In this document: positions 11,501 to 22,247 of the stretch, piece after piece
Numbering within the stretch: the stretch's first letter is position 1
Layout of the letters: each line of letters opens with the position of its first letter
Origin: Candidatus Altimarinota bacterium
GTDB taxonomy: Bacteria > Patescibacteriota > Gracilibacteria > Absconditabacterales > Absconditicoccaceae
Assembly: GCA_027046965.1 (NCBI GenBank)
Contig: JALTWR010000002.1
Location: 9,537 to 73,536 of the forward strand
Direction: 5' to 3'
DNA: 64,000 bases
Translations under genes and position numbers: made by a program
The notes under the pieces: model-generated
Databases searched by the model: none
Seen by the model: the letters and a program-made list of their open reading frames with translations, nothing else
What the model was told of the DNA's origin: nothing

Positions 11501-13306
11501 CATTAAAAACAGATCTATATCGTCTCAATAAAAAGAATCAAATCATTCTAAAGATATTTTTTTCTCCAATATATTAAGATTTTGTATCTTAGACCATTCA
11601 ATTTGTATTTCTTTATCATCAGTACTACTAGGATCCTTAAGTATCAAAACATAATCTATTGTTCAATTATCAGAAGGAAGCTCAACAACACCTCTCAAAA
11701 TATATTCCTTTCAATCTATTTCTAATTTATACCCATCCCGAAGTGTTACATCCTGTATTGCTCAATTTGATGGAAGAGAATAAACCTTTGTAGGGTAGAT
11801 TAATTTTAGTATATTTTCAAGTATATTGTCCAATCACAACTGTAATTCTACTCCTACCTTAGCATCTTTTATCGCCCATACTCAATTTTCCCTAAATTTT
11901 TCTTTGGATATACTTGTCGTATAAAGATGCCTTTTTTTTATTTCAACTTTTATATTCACGCCTGGTATTGTTATCTCTGTCACATTAGGATCATATATAT
12001 CCCTAACAAACTTATGCAATAGATCATATTGATTATCATCTATCCCAAATATCTCTTTAATTCTCTTTTCAAAATTAATATCATTAAACTTCCTATCTAT
12101 TACTTCCTTTAGCCGTAATTCCCATAATACCTCATCCTCCACGTTTCATCCTTCATAGTACCTTTGCAAAAAGTCAGCAAAGTCAGCATCTATGGAATGT
12201 ATATATTTAAGTTGTCGCTCAAAGTACTTTTTTTTGATACATACATAATTATTAGTTGGACAAGCTTTTATAACTTCCTCTCTTATATCTTCTACTATTT
12301 TTTTATTCCCAAGTCACACTAGGTCCCCAAAATAAGCTTCCCAGCTACCATTAAAGGGAACTAATATATCTTTACCATATCTTTTTTTCAAATGTTCAGA
12401 GATACTAGCCAATTTTGAACTGATCTGTGGAAGATCCAAACTACGTTGTAAATTTATCAAAAGCCCTTCTTCTGCCTCATTGATCTCCTCTATTATATCA
12501 GCAGCTGAAACAATACCCAATCTAACTACAAATTTAGATAACTCTTTTTTTATGATATTTTCTTGCTGCTTCAAAGCTTGACCAATAGAGTAATCTAGAC
12601 GATGGGATAAAATATCTGTTTTATTTAGAATATCCCCTATTGTAGGAAATCAGTCGAATATGGTATCTAAAACCTTTTTGCGTTGCTGAGGGGAAAGAGA
12701 GTTTAGAACATTCTTAAGATCATCTCAGATACCGTCAGGAATAGAGTCACTAAACCACCCTCTAATACCAGCTAAAGAGATAAAAAAATCTTCTATATAA
12801 CCATCCTTGAAATCTTTAGCTTTTAAACCTTCATAAAAAGAAAACACGCCTTTAATATTTTGGCATATCGCCTCTTTTTGATTAGGGTCCAAATCTGCCA
12901 AATTATTACAATTAGCTTCAATCTTTTCCCTAATAGAGTCCACAGTAGCCCAAAATAGTTTTTTACGAAGTTCTTGCTCTCCTACATCTTTAAATATTTC
13001 CTTCAACTTATTCAATGCTTCATAGGAAGTTCATATTTTAAAAAGCTTGAAGTTTTCAATAGAAAGTTTATCTACTCACAAAATTTTTTCCAATTCGGAT
13101 ACTATTTTTTTCAACTTATCTTCCTCCCTAGCATATTCCAAAAACCTTTTAAAACATCATTGAAAATCCCAATAACAATCATTTTTATAAAGCCACTCTT
13201 TGAATCATCAATATAGGCTTTCCAGTAGCTGTTTACTCACATCTAATCATCAATGCTGGGGATTGTCGCTTTTCTGTGATTCGAGATTTTTGGGTTGCTC
13301 GCTCAT
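8564..13306 (-). CDS. Giant hypothetical protein (1580 aa), no recognisable domain
   Basis: Six track ORFs (9767..9952, 10259..10480, 10742..10963, 11882..12142, 12314..12574, 12725..13015) all share one frame. I hand-translated 8564-9770, 12143-12316 and 13015-13306 and found only TGA interruptions. ATG at 13304-13306 (MSEQPKNLESQKSD...), TAA at 8564-8566. I saw no signal peptide or TM segment. Confidence 0.75.
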
Positions 13307-13380
13307 CCAAAAAATAATAAAATATCTAAAAACTAATAATATTTCCTTAAAAAATTATACTTTTTTCTCATTTTATTGTC

Positions 13381-13418
13381 AAACAAAAAGACCCAACGCT
13401 TTTGCAAGCACTGGGTCT
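13381..13418 (-). terminator. Rho-independent terminator after the pilin-like gene
   Basis: Minus strand: AGACCCA-16 nt-TGGGTCT followed by TTTTTGTTT. It lies between the pilin-like gene end (13455) and the giant gene start (13306). Confidence 0.5.
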
Positions 13419-13454
13419 TTAAATTCAAAAAATTATACATAATAGTATCTGCCC

Positions 13455-13844
13455 TTACTGAGTAGCCAATCCAATAATATAGAAAATAATACTTATCACA
13501 AACCAGCTAACACCTATCAATATCAAACCTATACCAGCTTGTTTTAAAATTTTAAATCCATTTTGATACTTACCATCTTCACCAGCTGCAGTAACCATTT
13601 GGAATCCACCCCAAAGCAAAACAAGTAATGCTATAAATCCTAACAACGCCAAAATCCAATTAACAGCATTTTGGATAACTCTCAAAAGCCCTTCTCATTG
13701 TAAAGTTTCTGACCCTGGCAAATTAGGATTTGCTGTAGTGTTTTGCCCAAAAAAACCTCCAGCATTTTGTGCATAAGTAACTATAGGCAATGCTCCCATC
13801 AAACCTATTCCCATAACCCTTAAAGCAGTCTTTTTAATAGACAT
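13455..13844 (-). CDS. TrbC/VirB2-like pilin-type small membrane protein (129 aa)
   Basis: Signal peptide MSIKKTALRVMGIGLMGALPIVTYAQN. Two hydrophobic helices follow (ILALLGFIALLVLLWGGFQMVTAAGEDGK...AGIGLILIGVSWFVISIIFYIIG). This architecture is typical of T4SS VirB2/TrbC pilins. Confidence 0.6.
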
Positions 13845-13889
13845 CAGATTAAATTATATTATATAAATTAAAAAGCACTTAAAGTTTAA

Positions 13890-14990
13890 TTATTTGGCTT
13901 GATTTTGCAAATTTATTTTACGCAATTGTTGCCAAAGTTTCTCTTCTTGAGGAGTTAACCTCTTTGGAATCTTTATTTGTGGCAATATAAGAAGGTCTCA
14001 CCTGTGATTTCCTAAAATACCTTTTGCTCCAAATCATTTTCCAGGCACCTTAATGATTTCCCCTTCATTTAATCCTTTAGGAATTTTTATCCTTAATTTG
14101 CCTTCTGGATGCTCAACTAAGATCTCTCACCCCAATACTGCATCATATACACTAATTGGAATTTCTAGTAGTAAATCATCTCACCTTCTCTTGTAAGGCC
14201 CCCAGTCCACAACTTCAATTTTAACAAATAAATCTCCAGGGTCAACATCTTTTGCTGGCCAATGTCACATTCCTGGATATTTTATTACCTCTCCGCTTTT
14301 AATCCCTGCAGGAATTTTTACTAATAAAGTTTCATCCCTCATAACCCATCATTTCCCTCAGCATTTAGGACACGGTGTCCAATTGATATAACCCTTCCCT
14401 CAGCATTTAGGACAAGTTGTTTTAACTTGAATTCTGCCAAAAGGAGTTGCCTGAACCTGGATAACTTCTCATTTCCCTTCACATACAGGACAAATTTTAG
14501 ATTTGCTATCTGGAGCGACACCTGTTCATCCACACATATCACATGGAACCTTTCTCTGAAAAGATATTTCTCTAGAAGTCCCTTTATAAGCTTCTACAAA
14601 AGGAACTTGCAGTTGGATAACAATATCTTCACCTCTTTGTTTCTTGGTTTTGCTGGAGCCTATTCCTCCGAAAAAATCTCCAAATACATCAAAAATATTA
14701 TCAACATCAAATCAACCAAATCATCAAGGTCCACTGAATCAGCCAAAATCAAATCCTCCAAAACCTCATTTTTTAAAAGCATCATATTGGGCTCTTTTGG
14801 TATCATCACTTAAAACCCCATAAGCTTCATTTATCAATTTAAATTTCTCCTCTGCCTTTTTATCTCCCTTGTTTCTATCTGGATGGTATTTCATAGCTAA
14901 TTTTTTGTAGGCTTTTTTGATTTCCTCTTTAGATGCCTGAGGTGCTACCCCCAAAATTTCATAATAATCTTTATTAGGATCAAAATCCAT
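13890..14990 (-). CDS. dnaJ: Molecular chaperone DnaJ (366 aa)
   Basis: J-domain: DYYEILGV...[16 protein letters not shown]. It is followed by a G/F-rich region and four CxxCxGxG zinc-finger repeats (CDMCGGTG, CPVCEGKG, CPKCGGKG, CPKCGGND). Several of the conserved Gly are TGA, for example 14525-14527. Confidence 0.95.
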
Positions 14991-15017
14991 GATCTTACTT
15001 CTTAAAATTATAAAAAT

Positions 15018-17357
15018 TTATTCTACTACTAGATTTATTTTACCTTTTAATGGAGTCTCTCAAGCAAAATACACCTTTGCCTCAATCACATAATTACCTG
15101 GTTTATCGAATACTTGAGAAACTCTGATATACTCCCTACCCTCCCCTTCAGCTACTTTCTCTCAATTTATAAACCATTCAATTTTTTGAATATCTCACTG
15201 AGTATCAATAGCAAATTCTACTATTTCTCCAACTTTAGCAGTTTGTAAAGGATGAGAAGGTGAAGTTATTTTAACTTGAGTCAAAGGTTTTTGAACAAAT
15301 ATCAATGCCTTAGCCTCTGCTTTTTGTCATTTTTGTGTCTCTACAACCACTTTAGGTTGATATCTTCATTTTGTCTCAGGAGTCCATACATAGGTGTGAT
15401 ATACAACTCATCTAGCGGTACCCTCCAAGTCTGGGGTGTTATCTCCCCAATACCAATAATAACGAATAATCTTATCCTCAGGATCTAGAACCTTAGAGGA
15501 AGTGGCATCCAATTTTACTTCCAATGGCGAATCTCCAGATTGAGGATTTACTTTTAATACAGCTTTTAATGAAGGAGCCAATGCATTTAATACAAATTCT
15601 TGAGTTCCTCTAATATCTTCTCCTTCAAAACTAAATTTGTATATATATTCTCCAGGATTAATAATATTATCTTTAAATTCCTTTTCATCTGGATAAAGCA
15701 AAGTAGCCAGTTTAATAGTTGTTCAATCTGGATTTATACGCTCTATACTTAATACTCATTCCTGATTTGGAATAATATTTTCTATCTGAAACACCAATGA
15801 AGCAGGTATTGACTTAAGATTCACTTGATTATCATTTACACGCAATGGCACCAACTTGTTTTTTTGCTGATAGTACACACTTAAATTTACATTGATTCAT
15901 TCAAAAGTAGCAATAGGATCAGATTCACAATTCACTTTTTTTTGTGATATTTCATCAACTCCTTCATATTGTAACACATATTTTTTACCTTCTGCTAAAA
16001 ACACAAAGGTAGTAGTTTTGTTACCTAACTTTTTAGTAGTATATTTCCCATTAGATTCATCTACAATTTTGAGTTCCCCATTTAAAAAACCTGCACCATC
16101 AATATCTACCTTATACCTTTTATCGCCTAGCTTAGAAATTCTGATTTGACACTCCCCATTAGCTGCATTTTGTCCTTGAAGCAAAAATGAATAAATGGTT
16201 CAATTTATTTTAAATCTTACAGGATATACCTTCAATCCCTCTTTATATTCCCAAGTTAGAGGAGATTTAACATTCATCTTATCCCATCTACCATCCCCAT
16301 CAAAATCCCAATCTAGCTTTACATCTGCCAAACGTAAAAACTTTAAATTTTCTGGAGAAAACAATATTTTAGCTGGAACTTTGCCTATATCTATCACTGG
16401 CTTTCAGGATATTACATGATCATAATTATTCAAAAGGATACGTTTCTTGTTATCTAACCTAAATAATGAAATATCTGCTGGAATTGACAAAATATCTTGA
16501 GTTACAATATAGGGGTCTACAGTTATTTCTCAATTTTTAGATCTCAACATATTCATTCTAACAGTATAGTCTCATTTTGATACATAAAAACATTGATAGG
16601 TGGGAATATACATCATATCCTGAGGCAACTGATTTAGATTAACCTCAAATCTGTTACCATTACCACAATCTATCTGGAAACCAACTATTTCATTTGGAGA
16701 TTCTATATTTTTCAGTACTTTGGGAAGGTAATTTTGATTGTAAGCAAAGCCGATACTTAATGGAGCAACCAACCCAACCTTACTAAAATCTCACAGCTCC
16801 TTTGCTTTAGGGTTATTGGCTCAGTCCTCATAAGATATATAATAAGCACCTATAATACCTTTAACACTGGACATAGCAGAATCTATTTTTGCAATTCTAC
16901 TTAACACTATATATCCAACTGTGATATCTATTATCAAAAGTAAAAAGCCCAAAAGCAACATCATCATAAAAACTCACTTTCTTTTGGATCTACTAAAAAC
17001 CTTCACTAAGTTGACTACGATCATTAAAAAAGCAACAAAAAACAACAACCCGAAAAAGGTCCATCAGAAACCTTGTAAGAGTCACTTGGCAGCTGCTGGA
17101 GAAAGTCATAAAGCATTTAAGCTTTCAGGATTATTAACTACAGAAAAAAGTATAACAAACAATATCATCACTGTAAACAAACCTAAGCCCAAACATCCAC
17201 CAACCACCATACCAACTGATAAACCTTTACCCTTTTTGACCTTTGATGAAGGGACATTCTTTTTGGTAGCTTTTTGCAAATTTTGGTTTTTTGAAGCTGA
17301 GATTTGCGGCCTTTCTCCTTCTGGTTGAGATGAGGTCTCCAAAAAAGGATCTTTCAT
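15018..17357 (-). CDS. Membrane-anchored surface protein with PKD-like repeats (779 aa)
   Basis: Five same-frame ORFs (15408..17357). N-terminal basic tail plus TM (GLSVGMVVGGCLGLGLFTVMILFVILF). PKD-type motifs LDWDFDGDGRWD and YYWYWGDNTPD are present. Stop TAA at 15018-15020. Confidence 0.8.
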
Positions 17358-17436
17358 TTAAATTTTTGTTTTAAATTTATAAAATAGCCTGTAACTTTAA
17401 ACAATATATTTAAATCTACTGTCTTTTCAACTACTG

Positions 17437-18447
17437 ATGTATATTAATGTGGCTCCGATGGATTGAATCACAGATACAGCTTATAGGTATATCATATACA
17501 AAATTTTTTCAAAATACAGAAGCCCTACAGATAAGACCATCTTAACAACAGAATTTATGAGTTCTGACGGATGGATTAAAAATCCTCACGGAGTTAAAAA
17601 ACATTTATTAACCATAAAAACTAAATCTAACATCCAAACTATAGCTCAAATTTTCTGAGGGAATCTAGAAAACTTGATTAAGACTGCTCAAGATATACAA
17701 AAAATGCAGATATTTAACTGAATTGAGTTAAACATTGGCTGTCCTTCTCCCAAAGTTATGAAATTGGGATGATGATCCGCACTAATGAAGGATCCCTCCA
17801 AGGCTGCTAGAATCATTATGCAATTAGCAAAAAGCATAAATTTACCATTTTCTATAAAAACTAGGACAGGATTTAACAGTACCACTAAAGGCCAACGATT
17901 CGACACTCTAGTTAATATAGCACCTTTTGTGAGTATGATCACGATACATTGAAGAACATACTCTCAGTGACATTCAGGAGACGTAGATCGAAATTTCATA
18001 TATTCTCTTAAAGAAAAAGTGAAAAATAAAGTTCTCATAATATGAAATTGAGGGATAACCTCTTATGATCAGGCGCTATCAAAAAAAGAAAATCTGGATT
18101 GAATTGCTATAGGAAGAGGGGCTATAGGAAATCCCTGGATAATCACCCCATATACGCCCTCTCCTGAAGAAAAAAAGGACACTATGATTAAACACTTTTA
18201 CCTAATGTTAAAAACCCAAGATTACTTTAAAACAACAATAAAGTCTCCTGCCAACAAGCCTTTTTTAAATCCTAGCTTAAAAAGTATTTTACACTCTCCA
18301 ATCTCACATGATAACAAAGCCACAATAGAATTTAGGAAACATTTTATGAGCTATATAAAAGGCCATCCTAAAGCTTCCCAATTAAGGGCAGAAATTTCAA
18401 AGATCTATGATTACAAAAAATTAATAAGTTTTTTAAGCAGCTTTTAA
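17437..18447 (+). CDS. dus: tRNA-dihydrouridine synthase
   Basis: Code-25 translation reads MYINVAPMDGITDTAYR...GIELNIGCPSPKVMKLGGGSALM...ITIHGRT...GNGGI...GIAIGRGAIGNPW. It is in frame with track ORF 18184..18447. Confidence 0.85.
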
Positions 18448-18738
18448 AAGATTTTCTAAATCATCTAACTCTGCCGCACTTTTAGGACTCCAAAAATACG
18501 GATTTCCCTCTTCATCCAAAGCTAGTTGAAAGTCAATTCACTTTTCTCACAATACAGAGTTTATTTGCAAGATAGTTAAATTTTTTTCAACAACAGGAAG
18601 CTTAGTAAGTTGATTTAATATTTCAGTCAATAGAGGGCCCATCTCTACTTCGGATTTTAGCTCCAAAATCCCTTCCTTTAAATAATCCACCAATGAGTTA
18701 TTAAAGTTGTTAAGTTCTTCTGGACTTTTATTAGGCAT
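18433..18738 (-). CDS. Hypothetical small acidic protein (101 aa)
   Basis: Track ORF 18547..18756 extended through two TGA codons to TAA at 18433-18435. ATG 18736-18738 overlaps the upstream gene end by 8 nt. Confidence 0.45.
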
Positions 18739-19000
18739 TTTGTGATAATTGTTCAAGATTTAAATCTATGTTTTGAGAGATCTGTTCTCACTCAGAAGTT
18801 CCTATCAGGATTTCATATATATCTATCCAAACACTAGGAGGTAGTTTTTCCCAATTATAAGTATTTAAGAATTTTTCAACTTTTTTAGCTATTGCCTCAT
18901 TTCGTTCAACTTGCAATAAATGTTTTTTAAGTGTAGAAGGTATAAATACCGAATATTTGACGCGTTGTTTAAGATATTCATAATTTTTAGGACAATCCAT
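18731..19000 (-). CDS. Hypothetical small protein (about 89 aa)
   Basis: Track ORF 18788..19003 extended through TGA to TAA at 18731-18733. The ATG lies 11 nt after the stop of the 1031-aa gene. Confidence 0.45.
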
Positions 19001-19011
19001 CACTATAAGTT

Positions 19012-22000
19012 TTATGAATTAGATAAAGATCTAAAAAATGTTTCTATCTTATTTGTTCATACTACCGCTTGAGTTTGTGCCAACCTGTCACGTTTACGCT
19101 CAAAAAACTTATTTGTCTGGTAATTAGAATAATCACCGAATTCAATTCTACCTAAATCAATCACATTTTTTGTGGGCTCTGTTTGCAAAGCTACTCTCAC
19201 CCTCCAAAAAAAGTTAGTTTTATTGTTGTATTTTGATATCATAGTATTAATATACTCTATTAAATCTATTGCTTTAAAGGGATTGCTTATAGTTTCTTCA
19301 TAAAGGTTTACAAATTGAGATTTTTGATCAAAAGGCAGCTTATCAAAGGCCTCTTTTCCTTCAGGAGAACTTAAAACTTGATCAATTCCTTCCACGACAT
19401 ATCTTGATAACTTAGCAGTAAATCATTTTAATGATTCTGAAGACAGTTTATTATTAGATAAATCTATTTTAAATTTTTGAGCGAAATCATCTGGACGTCA
19501 AACCATTTCTCAAAGATTTACTATTTTATGTGCCCATTGAGCTAATAGATTTTTATTAGCTTCGCTCATATCACTTCCTTTGGCTATCATTAATGTTTCC
19601 TTCCTAGTAGGATCTTTTACTACTACTTTTACTCATCAATCACCAGAGATATAATCTAAATCTATATTTGTCAAAGGAACATCATCAAAATCTTGAGGCC
19701 ACTCATTATTTATTTTCATACTTGCCTGAATACTATCTTCATAATAATTAAGTGTTTCTGAAGCTCTTCCCTGTTCTTTAAGTTGTTGGACATGCTCTAG
19801 CTGAGTTGCATTAATACGCTCTACATAAAAGTTCCAATTAGCTTGAACTTTATCTGCTGCCTGTTGTATTTCATCAAGTTCATTTATCTTTTTAAACCAT
19901 TCATTATTGACAAAAGCATTTATTTTAGATGCCAATGAGGAATTAGATAGTTTCAGATATTCTGGATTTACAGCACTTATATCTGCTTTCAAAAGCTCAA
20001 ATTCTTCGCCATGGTTCTCAAAAATATATTTTTCAATATCCTCCTCTCCCATCTCCTTTCACCAATGTCTAAGATCAGCATCTGCTCTCCTCCGGTAATC
20101 TACAAAAAGCTGCTTTAAGTTTGACCTATCAGGATTTAAGTTTGAAATAACATATACCAGTAATGATTCGTCAGAATTCAATCCTTTTCAAACTAAAGCC
20201 TCTATATATGCTTTTAAAATATCTTTGGATGTAAGCTTGTTTTTATCCTCGGCAAATTTTATAAAATTGGCTCTAACAGTAGGGGAATCTTCTAAAGTCA
20301 AAGCTTTAGCAGCCATAAGTATCTTTATTTCCTTGAGATTCTTTGGATCTTTTAAATAATCCAAAAAGTTACTTCTAACATAATCCTCATCTAATATAAT
20401 ATTTAACATACCTTGAGAAGAATCCTTAAAAAGCATCTCTCAAAGTTTTTTTAAATTACCTTCAGAATTGGCCAAACTTCCTACAAAATACTCAAAGAAT
20501 CTTTCATGGATATCTACAATGTTGTCTGCAAGCCAATCAGCCATATCACCTCAACTCTCTAAACTATCGAACAGTGCTTCCCCCAGAGACATTTTAATTA
20601 AATAGTCCAGCTGCTTTATTTCTTCATAATTCATATCATCGAGCAACTGTACAATTTTAGCCTTATCTTTTTCAGCCAGAAAATCTACCCCTAAAAATCT
20701 ATAAATATTTTTGAATCTCTGTTTTTTCTCTGCTTCTAACTTACGCTCCACCCTATTAGCTTCAGATTCTGGAGAAAAACCTCAACTTATCTCAACCATG
20801 TCGGTTACAAACTTATAGCTATCACCGCCTGATAGCAAAGGATACAAATAGCTTTCAAGCTGTTGCGGTTCTAATACTATACCTGTTTTTTTATTGGATA
20901 TATCATTTAATGTAGCAAAAAACCTATTTTTAAAATTATCATCTTCCCTTTTAAGTTTGCCAACAAATAACTTTATAAAACTGCTATCCATTTGCATAGG
21001 AAAAGTTGCATACACAGCTCCTAAAATGCGTTGCTGCATAAGTCCATCTTTGTCTTCACTATTATCCCAATAGCCCTCCATACTACTTAGATATAACTCG
21101 AAATCACCTAACCATTTTAAAGTCACTGGGTCAAAAAAGTCAAGAATCTCAAATTCTTGTGCCTTTCAAATATTTTCAATAATTTCCATCATGCTTGTCC
21201 CATCATACACATTACCAAACTGACCAACAATAGAATGCTTGTACCAATATATTCTTAGATCCTCTCCAAGTTTATCATAACTTCCCTCCTCTTCACCAGC
21301 TGTTGCAACAATTGTTTCTCTAGTATTGCCAGTAGGCTTTTCAGTAGAGTGTTTGGCATTGGCAAGCCATAATCGAGTCTGAGATCCCAAAGAGGACTGC
21401 CGATAAAATGATGAGATCTCATCGACTTGATCTGCTGTATTTGCAAAATTTGCTATACCTTCCTTAGATATTTCCAAAAATGCTTTTCTTTGCTCTGGAG
21501 AATATGTTTTTAACTCCTCCAAAACAACTTTCAAAAATTGATCGTAATACTTTCCATAAGGAGGTAAATTTATTTTAATAGCTAGATTATCAAATATCTC
21601 CCTTATTTCTTTTTCAAAATCTTCAAAATTTTCAATATCATAAAGATCCTCTTTGGACGAACCTATAGATTCATAGTCGGTACCCATTTTGTAGATTCCT
21701 TCTAGTTCTTTCCAGCCTATATTTTCTAGTTTACTAATTTTATCCACAATTGAAGAAATCTCATTATCATTTAATCTTAAAATATAAGACACAATACCAT
21801 CTAACCCCTCATACATACTACCCATATTTTTATAGTCTATCCTTTTTAAGATCACCTCAAGCAAATCTCTTTTTTTTCACTCCAGTTTTTTTAGAGAAGT
21901 ATTTATTTTAGTTTTAAAATCTTCCCAATTAATACCACCATCTCCAAATCAATATACTAAGTTGTTGTATTTATTTACTTTATCCAAAAGTTGTCTTTCA

Positions 22001-22107
22001 ATATCAGTCTTAAGACTGTCGTCTTCTACAGTCCTATCTTTTGATTTACCTAAAAAATCCTTGGGACTAAGTATTCACTCTTCAAAATTGGACTCAGCTA
22101 GTCTCAT
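19012..22107 (-). CDS. Large hypothetical protein (1031 aa), acidic and helical, no recognisable domain
   Basis: Six same-frame track ORFs (19057..21864). I translated the N-terminal extension by hand (MRLAESNFEEGILSPKDF...) from ATG 22105-22107. The stop is TAA at 19012-14, after read-through of TGA at 19057. Confidence 0.75.
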
Positions 22108-22247
22108 AACTCCGAAAACTATACGATAAAATTTACCCTATCTTAATTATAACTGTTCACCATTATCTCGTCAAAATATGAGGCTTCAAATTGAAATATG
22201 GGTTTAAATATCTACAATAAGTAAGTGTTTAACAAATTCACAACAAT

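Noticed and set aside
14341-14425. Near-identical direct DNA repeat (ccctcagcatttaggaca...) that could suggest a repeat element or mini-array
   Set aside because: It lies inside dnaJ and encodes consecutive CPKCGG zinc-finger repeats. It is ordinary intragenic repetition.
13890-14990. dnaJ and grpE (54852..55403) lacking an adjacent dnaK, as a possible sign of chaperone system loss
   Set aside because: Scattered chaperone genes are common in small genomes. dnaK may lie outside the window, so no inference is possible from 64 kb.
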